From a virus, in the IMG/VR virus record IMGVR_UViG_3300048091_000425: DNA of 64,000 bases. One strand, 5' to 3'. A model generated the notes under the pieces. It worked only from the letters and a program-made list of their open reading frames with translations. It did no database searches and had not been told where the DNA came from. Shown piece after piece: positions 18,451 to 27,329 of the stretch. The stretch's first letter is position 1; every line of letters starts with the position of its first letter. The position numbers and the translations under genes are program-made.

Positions 18451-18849
18451 ATGTATCCGCTGCGTAAAGCACTTCTGCTGTCTGTTTTCGCTCTTCTGGC
18501 CGCTTGCTCCCAACCAAAAATCGATGCCAGTTCTGATGAGGCCCTGACGGCATCACTGAACACGCTCTACGAGACCCTGCCGCCGAATGAGAGCGAAAAG
18601 CTCCGCCAAGACATCGACCGGCTCAATGAACACTTCCAGCAGCGGGTGTACAAAGGCGAATCGCTCGAGGATTCAAAGGCCGCGTTTTACCAATTGCTCA
18701 ATGGCAAGACGCCAAGCGATGTGGCTGACGAGGTCAGTAAGCTGCTCCCCAGCCCATTCACAGCGCAAGGCTGGCCAATTCGAGGAACACACTTTGGCGA
18801 AACGAGAAATAATCAGCATCCAGTCCGCCTGGTGGGTGTGGTTGGTTGA
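18451..18849 (+). CDS. Putative lipoprotein
   Basis: Lipobox LAAC followed by SQPKIDASS. Confidence 0.75.
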   Translation: MYPLRKALLLSVFALLAACSQPKIDASSDEALTASLNTLYETLPPNESEKLRQDIDRLNEHFQQRVYKGESLEDSKAAFYQLLNGKTPSDVADEVSKLLPSPFTAQGWPIRGTHFGETRNNQHPVRLVGVVG

Positions 18850-19222
18850 AGGAAAAGCAATCAGGGTAGCCACGGAGGAAGAAGCTGCAAAGCTTCTCCG
18901 CGACCATGGTGCTGAGTACACCGGCCTGAAGGAATCACACAGGGAACTGGCCAACGCCGTCCGCGAGGTGCTGTGGAACGAGCCTCTCCCCGAGGGGCAG
19001 ACCTTTCATAAGACCATTTTCGATCCCTTGAAGATGCTCTTGTACAAAGGCCAGGCTCGAAAAATCCTGCCAAGGATGTCACCGTCTCGGTTAAAGCGTG
19101 TTCCGCCTGAATGGGCCGACCTGTACAGGGCTGCAGACGCCGATAGCGACGTTTTGTCGATCAAGTCGGGGATTCCCCTGGTCAAGCAGCTTGAAGCCCG
19201 GTGGCCGACCCAGGACGCTTGA
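18794..19222 (+). CDS. Hypothetical protein
   Basis: Probable TTG start after GAGGA within ORF 18587-19222; terminator follows. Confidence 0.5.
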   Translation: MAKREIISIQSAWWVWLVEGKAIRVATEEEAAKLLRDHGAEYTGLKESHRELANAVREVLWNEPLPEGQTFHKTIFDPLKMLLYKGQARKILPRMSPSRLKRVPPEWADLYRAADADSDVLSIKSGIPLVKQLEARWPTQDA

Positions 19223-19234
19223 GCACACGCAAAG

Positions 19235-19261
19235 AAAAAGGCGCCGTCGAGGCGCCTTTTT
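19235..19261. terminator. Bidirectional terminator
   Basis: AAAAAGGCGCC-GTCGA-GGCGCCTTTTT between convergent genes. Confidence 0.8.
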
Positions 19262-19275
19262 CAATTGTGCTGAGG

Positions 19276-20127
19276 TTACATGCTCGGGCCGTCGTCAAGG
19301 TCAACCTGACGAGCCGGCTTCTTGGCCGGAAGTTCGATCTCGTTCAACTCAGCCAGCACACGAGCAGCTGTTGGGTATCCTGCTGCCGCCACCTTCGCAA
19401 CCAGTGACTTGGCGTGGGAAGCGTGGTTTTGGCCGACCTCGTCATACACCTCGCGAAACACACCGGCAACATACGGGAGAGCCCTCAATTCATCCGCAGT
19501 CAGTGGTTTATAGGCCCAATTCCCGACAGTGAATTCCTTGCCAGAAAACAGAAATTCAGAGCGCCGTGGATGATCCCCATAACCAGCCCAAAACATGGCG
19601 CCTAGCGAGGCCTGTTCCCGCCCCAATGTTTCGTCATCGTTTGTGGATTTCACAGCATGCGACAACGCTAGTAATGCCAGAAATGGCACAGCCTGAGGTG
19701 ACTGAATAGCACCAATAAAGCATTCCGCAAATTGCTTTTTGGAAACCTCTTTGAACGCCGTTTCGGAGTTCATGACTGCCTTAACGTCATAAGGGGCCGT
19801 AGATCCCCCTGTATGGTTGAGGATCGCCTCGCGCATTTCATCAAGCTGCTCGAGTTTTAACTCGCCTTTGAAAACGACCTCTGCCGTATCGCCCCTATTC
19901 TTGTTGAACGGCACATCGTAAAACCGCTGTGTACCGTCGGCCCGGAACGCGACTGGCTCGACAGGGTACCGATTAAAAAACCCGTCAAGTTCGTGAAATC
20001 TGAAAGGAGAAGCCAGATCCTTTTTTCGATAAACGCCAAATACAGGGTCACCAAAAACGTCCGGATGATCACGGGTAACGTCCAGGTTTCCATACATCTT
20101 GGTCAGAGTGTTTGTTGGCGTTGTCAT
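19276..20127 (-). CDS. Hypothetical protein with DDGPSM tail
   Basis: Likely start MTTPT at 20127. Confidence 0.7.
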   Translation of the reverse strand: MTTPTNTLTKMYGNLDVTRDHPDVFGDPVFGVYRKKDLASPFRFHELDGFFNRYPVEPVAFRADGTQRFYDVPFNKNRGDTAEVVFKGELKLEQLDEMREAILNHTGGSTAPYDVKAVMNSETAFKEVSKKQFAECFIGAIQSPQAVPFLALLALSHAVKSTNDDETLGREQASLGAMFWAGYGDHPRRSEFLFSGKEFTVGNWAYKPLTADELRALPYVAGVFREVYDEVGQNHASHAKSLVAKVAAAGYPTAARVLAELNEIELPAKKPARQVDLDDGPSM

Positions 20128-20354
20128 TTGCAGCTCCAAAAATTCGGTTTCTTCTACCAGTCTAAAGGCACCAGACGACAAGATTCAATCACAAATACAT
20201 GCAACATTTGCCATCATCATTTAGGTCTCGCGGCGCGACCTAAAGGCCTTAAGATTTTGCCAGCTTTTGGTTTCTGAAACTGGCTCGATGTGCTTTACTT
20301 ATCCGAAGTTTTGGCAATATTTGAGAATCACTGCCGCGACCTTTTTCTCCCGAA

Positions 20355-20702
20355 TTGGAACCCCTCATGCACAACGTAGAACCGTTCCGCATTGAAACCA
20401 CCCGTGAGCGCCTGGCTACCGCCGTAGGCCTCGCCAATGCTGCCTCAGTAAAGAATCGCCAGACCCTGGGCGCTGACGGCAACGAGCACCTTGATGCTGA
20501 CATCAAGATGCACGCCGACGAGATGATCGCGATCTACTACACCCTGCGCGTTCGCGGTATCGCAGAAGCGGACTTCGACCAGCATGTTGGCCAGCTGACT
20601 GTTGATGACATCATCATTGCCATCGAAAAGTCGCCGACCAGTGAAGACGAAATCATCGTCTACACCGTCGCCTCGGCAGAGGCAGATTCGCCGGAGGTTT
20701 GA
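20355..20702 (+). CDS. Small acidic protein, weakly ACP-like
   Basis: 'LGAD' and 'TVDDII.AIEK'; no DSL serine. Confidence 0.55.
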   Translation: MEPLMHNVEPFRIETTRERLATAVGLANAASVKNRQTLGADGNEHLDADIKMHADEMIAIYYTLRVRGIAEADFDQHVGQLTVDDIIIAIEKSPTSEDEIIVYTVASAEADSPEV

Positions 20703-20714
20703 TCACAAACCAAC

Positions 20715-20749
20715 AAAAAATGGCGCCAACCGGGCGCCCTTTCTTTTTT
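20715..20749. terminator. Terminator
   Basis: GGCGCC-AACCG-GGCGCC flanked by A and T tracts. Confidence 0.65.
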
Positions 20750-20898
20750 GCAGATCCGGACACCACTTTCGACACGCCTTGCGCGTGTACAGCTTTCGCT
20801 GCTGGAGGGCGTTCAATCTCATCCGGGTGTCGCCCTGAACCATGATCATACCAGTCCGCTGATCGCGCCGTAAAGGAGCTCTCAGGAGGTGCACATGG

Positions 20899-21396
20899 TC
20901 AGTTATAATTTTTCAGCACTTCGGCATCTAGAGCCTCGGATGGGTGGAAACCGGCTTCAACAAACTTCTCCCGAATGCCCTCAATCGGCAGCTTGGTTTT
21001 GATGGAAAAAACGGCCTCCATCTCCTCGTCGAATTTCATCCCTTTGGGCAGGAACGACTTCACAGCTTGATGGTGATGGACGTCTTCCATCTCGAAATCT
21101 GCGTCGTACATCCGCTTTTCGGCCAGGTACAGCCGTTGGCCGTCGTCGTAAGGCATCACCGAAAAGTAGAAGTCGCTGGCCTGGAAGCTGTTGTGCGGTC
21201 GGAAAAACATGTTCATGCCATCGACCGAAACTGCGGCGCGGTCTTCGTTGACCAGCACAACACCCACGACAGGATGCCGAAACCGGCGAACCTCATCTTC
21301 CAGGATGTTCTTGAACTTGGCTTCGCGCTTCCACTCTTTCTCAGCAGTATGCGGATAAAGGTTAACCAGGAGTTCCCGGCAGTCTTCGGTGCTCAT
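20899..21396 (-). CDS. Hypothetical protein (tandem paralogue 2)
   Basis: MST.DC.ELLV..YPHT...WKR.AK shared with 21393-21887. Confidence 0.75.
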   Translation of the reverse strand: MSTEDCRELLVNLYPHTAEKEWKREAKFKNILEDEVRRFRHPVVGVVLVNEDRAAVSVDGMNMFFRPHNSFQASDFYFSVMPYDDGQRLYLAEKRMYDADFEMEDVHHHQAVKSFLPKGMKFDEEMEAVFSIKTKLPIEGIREKFVEAGFHPSEALDAEVLKNYN

Positions 21397-21887
21397 TGTC
21401 CATCCCCGTTCCTGAGAGAAATATCCACAAAACCGCTGTCCAGGAACATCTGCTTAAGCACATTAGGGTCTGTGATGGAGTAAATCGCAAAGCATGCCTC
21501 CATCTCTTCTTCGCACTTCAGAGGTTTCGGGAAAAAGCCTTTGACCGCGTTTTCGAGGTGAGTAGATTCAAAATACCCGTGCTTATCGAAATAGTCCTTC
21601 AGTACCAGGTAGACCTGGATCTGGTCGCCCATTTCATGGCTGCTGTCGATGGAAAAGTAGAAATCCGAAGGCTTCAGAGCCGACTTCTGACGTGTTTTGA
21701 AGAAGGTGGAGTCAGTAATGACCTCCCCTTCCTCCTCGTCGACGAAAACAGTACCGACATGAGGGTGTGCGAAAACGCGGATCTCTTCATCAAAGCTATT
21801 CAGGTACTTCGCCGTCCGCTTCCAATCTTTAGCCTTGGTATGAGGGTACTCATCGACCAGGAGTTCTTTGCAGTCTGCAGTGCTCAT
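21393..21887 (-). CDS. Hypothetical protein (tandem paralogue 1)
   Basis: Collinear paralogy, ATGA coupling. Confidence 0.75.
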   Translation of the reverse strand: MSTADCKELLVDEYPHTKAKDWKRTAKYLNSFDEEIRVFAHPHVGTVFVDEEEGEVITDSTFFKTRQKSALKPSDFYFSIDSSHEMGDQIQVYLVLKDYFDKHGYFESTHLENAVKGFFPKPLKCEEEMEACFAIYSITDPNVLKQMFLDSGFVDISLRNGDGQ

Positions 21888-21921
21888 GCGACCGTTCCTT
21901 CAAATATAGACGTTGAGGGCA

Positions 21922-22092
21922 TCAAACGACATCGATGGAGTAGATCGTCGCACCCGGATTCTCATCCAGGAACTTTTTGCGCACGCTTTCCATGTCATTG
22001 CCGGTGATTTCGGTCTTGTCGCAGGTGTGCACCTCAGCATCCCAGGCGGAGCCGTGCATGTGGTACCAGATTTCGAATGTGTCTCGCTTCAT
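21922..22092 (-). CDS. Small hypothetical protein
   Basis: GAGGA RBS before MKRDT at 22092. Confidence 0.55.
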   Translation of the reverse strand: MKRDTFEIWYHMHGSAWDAEVHTCDKTEITGNDMESVRKKFLDENPGATIYSIDVV

Positions 22093-22112
22093 GACAATTT
22101 CCTCGCAATGTT

Positions 22113-22450
22113 GTGTTGGGGTGGCGCCAGACTGCCTGGGCCGCGCCGGTGGTGAAACTTTTGACGCAGCTGTTGGTGCCTCGGCGCCGCTTCGAGTAAC
22201 ATCAAAGTACGGCATCAAGACCGGCCACGTGCTGGCCTTGATGGGCTACTGCGGCACCAGGTTCTATCTGGTGATTTCCAAGGGCTGTTGCATTGCCGGA
22301 GTGCTGGATCGTGTGGAGCTCCTCTTTCCAGACGACGATGCAAACAGTTTGGAGCCAGGCGACAATGCTAAACCCACCGTAAATCATGGTGGGTTTAGCA
22401 TTTCCAGCGCCTGGAAACGACGATTCTCTCCTTACCACGCCCCCTAACAC
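22113..22450 (+). ncRNA. Candidate structured ncRNA or ssDNA element (~340 nt)
   Basis: 13-bp terminal stem (22113-22126 with 22438-22450), long hairpin 22355-22414, further stems 22213-22243 and 22255-22273; two G-U wobbles favour the + strand. Confidence 0.45.
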
Positions 22451-22483
22451 TCAAAAGTGCAAGCACCGCCTGTACAACGCATC

Positions 22484-22988
22484 TCACGGCTTAACCTGGG
22501 CTTGAACAGCCTTTGGCATTGGCGGGATGTTCAGCATTTTCGGTGGCGGAAGATCCTTCAGAGGCACTGTTTCGGGTTTGGCTGGCGGTGTACGCTCCCG
22601 GCCCACAATCTTGATCTTGCTGGCCTCAAACACGCAGAACCACTCCTCGTCCTCCAGCTTGATGCGCAAACCGTCATAACCGCTCGACTTCCACTTGCAC
22701 AGGTGCCGCCAAATGGTCTCCCCACGCGCTGTCCGCAGGTAGTACAGAAACTTCTTTGGCGTGACCTTCTTGAGCTTGAGCCCGCCGAGGTCAGCGGCAA
22801 CAACCGATGGTGTGTTCGGAGCACGGCCCGCTTCGTAGCCGTTGCTGGCCCAGCGCCAGGCGCCGGCAACCACGTCAGTGAAGAAGAACCCCATCTGAGT
22901 CGTCGGATTGTCACAGCTCACGCCGAGGTTTTTGCTGTCAAACCGGTCAAATTCGAAGTTCGTCCCATGGTACGCAATCAGGCTGGAA
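22484..22988 (-). pseudogene. ADP-ribosyltransferase-like (ART-PolyVal-type) gene body, separated from its first 11 nt (24999-25009) by IS605
   Basis: YHGT..F..F, GFFFT, GYDG, EEW..VF...IK motifs; rejoining the flanks gives ATG GAA ATG ACT TCC AGC CTG ATT GCG TAC CAT GGG ACG (171 aa). Confidence 0.75.
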
Positions 22989-23105
22989 CTGAGTATCCCC
23001 ATGGATGAATCAAGGGGGTTCTGAAGGTGAATCCTACGGGGTGTCCAACTTGCGCTGGCTGTGACCGTAGGCGACCCTTCTTTACGTACCATCCGCTCTG
23101 CCGGC

Positions 23106-24503
23106 CTACGCCGGGGCCGTGGCATGAGCCACGACACTCGCAGATTGATTTTTCCATAGCCCGGTACGTCGCAGCACACACTCTTGAGCTGCCAGCACCT
23201 TAGCGATGCCGGGGGAACTATGGATCTTGCCATCTGTGCAAAACGCCAGCAACGCCGAGTACACGTCACGCTGAATCAGCCCGCTGCCATCGCCAAAGGC
23301 GTGCCAGCGCAGCGATAGCGGTTTTTTCGTGTAAGTCTCGGTGCAGTGATCGTATTGCGACATCTTGAGCCTCCAGGTATCCAACTCGACCACCTTGCCG
23401 CCAGCACTTTCAGCCTTGCGTTTCAGGTGGTTGACGAAATAGCCCGGTGCCCGGTTCCTCACCGACTTTCCGAACATCTTCTGGAAAGCCTTGTATGACA
23501 ATTTTTCGATATTCCAGGTATTTGCCTGCTTGAGCAGGTTGTTTACCAATTCGCCATGCTCGCTTTTTCGTAGTCCCTGCAGGGCCCTTTCGGTGTTAGC
23601 GATCTGCCGGCGAACGTCGAGCAAGCGATTCGAACTCGCAAGGCGCTGGCCTTTTATCCAGCGGCCTTTTTCATCGAAACAGTGTGGATTGGTAGCCCTG
23701 ACAGACCGATCTGCTTTTCGCTGCAGGCGGCGCAAGGTCTTGGCGCACGGGTCTACGCCGGGACAAAACTTCTGGAGAGAAGCGCCAGTATCACTGAAGC
23801 TGGCGACCGTGGAAGGGCCGATATCCAGGCCACCCGAGGCATTGACCGACTCACAGGTAACCGGAGGCTTTCCTTCAATCGTGAGCTGGACTAAAAACCG
23901 TTTCTTGCCGTTGATATTTCGCCACACAACGCGGGAGAACTTCACCCGGCCAGCCAGAGCCTCATCCAGATATTCATCTTTCCCTGGCGCTGGAAGGATG
24001 ACCGGCATCAGCAAGCCAGCCCACTGGACGCACGCAGTTTCTGGCACGTAGCGGATGGCGGAAGCGGAGCTCTTACCTTCAATCGAGTGCAGGGGCCGCT
24101 TGCGGCCCTTGAAGCGTGGCAGGCCGCGCTTCTTGAAACTGTATTCATCCAGGGCTGAGAAAACACGCTTGGCCAGGGTCTGTGGCTCGTGGGCGCCGAG
24201 GTGATCACGCCAAAGGCGGTTTTTCAGCCCCGTCCCAAACGAAGACAGTGCGTATTCCGAAAAACCATAGGTATCGCGCAGAGATTTGTAGCCGGCGCGT
24301 TTGGCCAAGATATCTTTGACATCCCGCAGCTCTGTCCACAGAGGGTCTCTGCGCATGGCCTTGAGACGACCAATCCCCTCTGACAGCAGTGCATTGTACA
24401 GTCGTTTTGCAGCCTCGAACCGCTTGCGCATCACCGCCACGTCGCGACCTTTGGTCACGAGCGGCAGGGTGATGACGAAACTCGGTGTCTTGGCTTTTTT
24501 CAT
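23106..24503 (-). CDS. tnpB: TnpB RNA-guided nuclease
   Basis: RuvC D (GLDIGP), E (NIEKL), D (QRDVYSA) intact. Confidence 0.9.
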   Translation of the reverse strand: MKKAKTPSFVITLPLVTKGRDVAVMRKRFEAAKRLYNALLSEGIGRLKAMRRDPLWTELRDVKDILAKRAGYKSLRDTYGFSEYALSSFGTGLKNRLWRDHLGAHEPQTLAKRVFSALDEYSFKKRGLPRFKGRKRPLHSIEGKSSASAIRYVPETACVQWAGLLMPVILPAPGKDEYLDEALAGRVKFSRVVWRNINGKKRFLVQLTIEGKPPVTCESVNASGGLDIGPSTVASFSDTGASLQKFCPGVDPCAKTLRRLQRKADRSVRATNPHCFDEKGRWIKGQRLASSNRLLDVRRQIANTERALQGLRKSEHGELVNNLLKQANTWNIEKLSYKAFQKMFGKSVRNRAPGYFVNHLKRKAESAGGKVVELDTWRLKMSQYDHCTETYTKKPLSLRWHAFGDGSGLIQRDVYSALLAFCTDGKIHSSPGIAKVLAAQECVLRRTGLWKNQSASVVAHATAPA

Positions 24504-24907
24504 ACGTCTTTTTGTTGCTCAATGTACTGCTTGATCACTTCAAGCGGTGCGCCACCGACCGTGGAAACGAAGTAGCTGTTTGTCCATAGGGTGGGTAGTC
24601 TGGACTTCAAAAAGCCAAACTCAGATCGCAGCAGGCGTGAAGATTTTCCCTTGATGTGCTTGATCAGGCGGTGGATGCCAAATTGCGGATCTACCTCTAC
24701 CAGCAAGTGAACGTGATCAGGCATCACTTCGAGCTCAATCAGATCACACTCAAGCTCTATACAGGTCTCCTGTATAATTTGCTTGAGGCGGACGTCTGCC
24801 CCATCAATCAAGACGGCCCTACGGTACTTCGGGCACCATACAACGTGGTACTTACAAGAGTACACGACGTTGTTATTGCGCTTGTATTGGAGTTTGAATT
24901 CGGACAT
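24500..24907 (-). CDS. tnpA: IS200-family Y1 HUH transposase
   Basis: YHVVWCPKYRR, DHVHLL (HUH), catalytic YIEQQ. Confidence 0.95.
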   Translation of the reverse strand: MSEFKLQYKRNNNVVYSCKYHVVWCPKYRRAVLIDGADVRLKQIIQETCIELECDLIELEVMPDHVHLLVEVDPQFGIHRLIKHIKGKSSRLLRSEFGFLKSRLPTLWTNSYFVSTVGGAPLEVIKQYIEQQKDV

Positions 24908-25032
24908 GAATTGACTATACAGCTACGGGCTACATAGTCAAGAGCAATTACCACCCGCTAGACCCCATGGATGAATCGAGGCTTGCGCGGCTGATCTGGT
25001 CATTTCCATGTAATCCTCACGGTTAACAGCGC

Positions 25033-25698
25033 TCAACCAAGGATTTCTGCCCTGGCCTTCTCAAATGCGCCGAACGCATCATCGAGACACTCTGGAGCAT
25101 TACCGATGGCCATCAGCAGCATGTCGACGCCAGCGTCCAAATGAATCTTTGCCTTATCGCTGGCGTCTTTCGCCATTTCGCGACTTTCCATGTCGCCATG
25201 CGACTCATAAATCCGGAGAAGGCGCCCCTCTTCTTCCAAAAACGTCTGCGCCTGGTGGCGATGGTACGCCGCAGCAACCCGTAGACCCTTTGAAGCCTCG
25301 GCGGCGGGTGAAGGCTGCTTTCTCGAATTCTCCTGGTCATCACGGTATTGCAGATCAGCTACCAGCGTGACGTAAAGGCCAATGGCTGCGGCCATAGCTA
25401 CCTCGCCCTTCTCAACGGATGAATTAGGGCCACCCGCCTCATAGAAGACCTTCCGGTAACGTGACGCTGCCGCCTGCAAAGCCGGCCCACGCAAGATTGA
25501 GTCTTTCAACCATGGATCAGCCATCTCGGCAAGCTTGATCGCCTGCAGGGTGCTTTCATAATTCCCCACCAACACGACAGGGGGTCTATCTTTTGCGAAC
25601 TGACCTTGCGAGGTTTTAAGGTCGTTCAGGAGCTTGTGGATTTCATCCTTCGATATCGGGGGAAGCCTTGGCAAGCTCTCTGGCTTTTCGTCGGTCAT
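25033..25698 (-). CDS. Hypothetical protein
   Basis: 221-aa helical ORF directly upstream of the ART start. Confidence 0.65.
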   Translation of the reverse strand: MTDEKPESLPRLPPISKDEIHKLLNDLKTSQGQFAKDRPPVVLVGNYESTLQAIKLAEMADPWLKDSILRGPALQAAASRYRKVFYEAGGPNSSVEKGEVAMAAAIGLYVTLVADLQYRDDQENSRKQPSPAAEASKGLRVAAAYHRHQAQTFLEEEGRLLRIYESHGDMESREMAKDASDKAKIHLDAGVDMLLMAIGNAPECLDDAFGAFEKARAEILG

Positions 25699-25755
25699 CG
25701 TAGTTCCTTCACAGATTGGTTTGGTTACCGCGAGCCACTATCACGGTCTGGGTGC

Positions 25756-26028
25756 TTATTCGGTCATTTCCTTGACCCAGTTCTCGGCGATTTTCCGACC
25801 TGTCTGCTCGGCATGCCCCAGGCACCGCTCTCGGATCCGGTCGGACATAGGGACTTGCACGGAAACCTGACTTCTGCACTGCTTTTCCATCATTTCTGGA
25901 AACTTTTCCCAGGTGAACGCGGAACCACGGTTTTTTGGATTGCACATGGAAGCCATCCAATTACCGACAGTGGCGTGGCAGACCAGCGAAATTTCCATTT
26001 GTTTCTTAGCACTGAGCATTTGTGCCAC
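25756..26028 (-). CDS. Hypothetical protein
   Basis: 90 aa in the cluster. Confidence 0.5.
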   Translation of the reverse strand: MAQMLSAKKQMEISLVCHATVGNWMASMCNPKNRGSAFTWEKFPEMMEKQCRSQVSVQVPMSDRIRERCLGHAEQTGRKIAENWVKEMTE

Positions 26029-26223
26029 TCCGACGGCGGGGATCTTCCCATGGCTCAGGGCCTTCCCCGACCCAGACGTATGAACGCGTTACATGATCAT
26101 GCAGGTATCCACAACGGAGAGCCGCCGCGTGCACCCGATCAACGCGGTCTTTCATTGACGGCGTTGGCTTGCTTATTTCTTTGCGGCACTCCGCCCTGAC
26201 CCAGTCTGGCAGTCCCATCAGAC

Positions 26224-26736
26224 CTACTCCACCGCCACCGGTTTCAACACGCCGGCCAACACAGCCAGACCAAGCTCAGTGAAGACGACGTCGAAGTACT
26301 TTTCATTTGGCGCCAAACTGGCCGGCATCTCAGCGATGAGTCCCTTGTCACGGCAGGCAACCGCCGCTCGGAATTCTGAGCGCCCGCACTCACTTGATTC
26401 AGTGGTTGTCAGATCCGAGTCAAAACCCTTCAGGAAGACCCGCTGCGGCTCGGTGAGCTTGCCCAGGATTTTTGTAGCCTGCAGGTCGATCAGGAAGCGT
26501 TCCACCTGCTCAGCGGGGATCTCAGCCTTGGCCCAGGTCGCAAATGACGTACGAGTCATGTTGCCATGCTGCTCATTGGGGGAACCAGCTTGGCCGCTCA
26601 AGACGCGATAGCGCAGGCAATCGGTGTCGGTGACAGCGTCGTACAGCTTGTACTGGGCGCCTTCATCCAGCACCTCGCGAACGCCGAGCTTTCCATCGCT
26701 GTAGAAGCCACCTTTTTTGATTTCAGACTTTTTCAT
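26224..26736 (-). CDS. Hypothetical protein
   Basis: 170 aa; C-terminal wHTH-like 'FTELG'. Confidence 0.65.
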   Translation of the reverse strand: MKKSEIKKGGFYSDGKLGVREVLDEGAQYKLYDAVTDTDCLRYRVLSGQAGSPNEQHGNMTRTSFATWAKAEIPAEQVERFLIDLQATKILGKLTEPQRVFLKGFDSDLTTTESSECGRSEFRAAVACRDKGLIAEMPASLAPNEKYFDVVFTELGLAVLAGVLKPVAVE

Positions 26737-27184
26737 GAGGATTCATCCCAAATGGTTGAGCGGCGCCGAATACCGGCAAGCGACTTACATCGACAGGAGC
26801 CTCAAAACGGTCAACCAAATCTGGCAGTTGAACGAGATTAAAGCCATCAACCAAGGCCTCAAGCACTTGGCCGATCTGCACGCCGGCGTCGCCCAGCATG
26901 CCCAGGCCTTCCTCCGAATCGATGGACACAGGAGGTTCGTGATACAGCACCCCAGAGGTGCTGGAGGTATGGTCGCTGCCACTCTGGAGCACCGAGAACT
27001 CCACCATGCGATCAGCGCTGACCGTCAGCACGGCGAGATCCTGAGGCCCGATATTGACCTCATCGACCACGTGCTCGTTGAAATAGGGCATTTCGCACGC
27101 TTGCATACGCTTGCGAAGGGTTGTCTCGGCGCCGGCGATGACTTCGAAGCCAGCGTCGATCAGCATCTGGGTTGTGACACTCAT
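26723..27184 (-). CDS. Hypothetical protein
   Basis: 153 aa downstream of promoter copy 2. Confidence 0.6.
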   Translation of the reverse strand: MSVTTQMLIDAGFEVIAGAETTLRKRMQACEMPYFNEHVVDEVNIGPQDLAVLTVSADRMVEFSVLQSGSDHTSSTSGVLYHEPPVSIDSEEGLGMLGDAGVQIGQVLEALVDGFNLVQLPDLVDRFEAPVDVSRLPVFGAAQPFGMNPHEKV

Positions 27185-27216
27185 CTGAGGTGATCCCTGT
27201 CAGTTCTATGGGTTAG

Positions 27217-27244
27217 ATAGTATCACTCTAGAGATTAATTACAA
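27217..27244 (-). promoter_or_regulatory. CTAG-operator promoter (copy 2)
   Basis: TTGTAA-ttaatctCTAGagtga-TACTAT, 16-bp spacer. Confidence 0.7.
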
Positions 27245-27258
27245 GCGTTAAAACGAAG

Positions 27259-27281
27259 AAACCCCGAATTAACGGGGTTTT
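27259..27281. terminator. Terminator
   Basis: AAACCCCG-AATTAA-CGGGGTTTT. Confidence 0.7.
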
Positions 27282-27329
27282 ATCTCTGGCTAGCCAAATA
27301 CCGGTTGGTAGGCCTCAGTCGTACAGCGG

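Larger units (their letters stand above)
22989..24998 (-). mobile_element. IS200/IS605-family element (tnpA+tnpB)
   Basis: Related subterminal hairpins at ~22997-23018 and ~24962-24983; left guide CAAG predicts target TGAC (seen at 24999-25002), right guide GAAC predicts TCAG (22989-22992) under IS608 pairing rules; no target duplication. Confidence 0.92.

Noticed and set aside
22113-22450. tmRNA, RNase P RNA or group I/II intron identity
   Set aside because: No T-loop/CCA end, no GGAAAGUCC core, no P7 or domain V motifs visible.
22484-23269. 261-aa ORF as a genuine full-length gene
   Set aside because: Its first ~90 codons lie inside the IS605 right end and the tnpB 3' end; the real N-terminus is at 25009.
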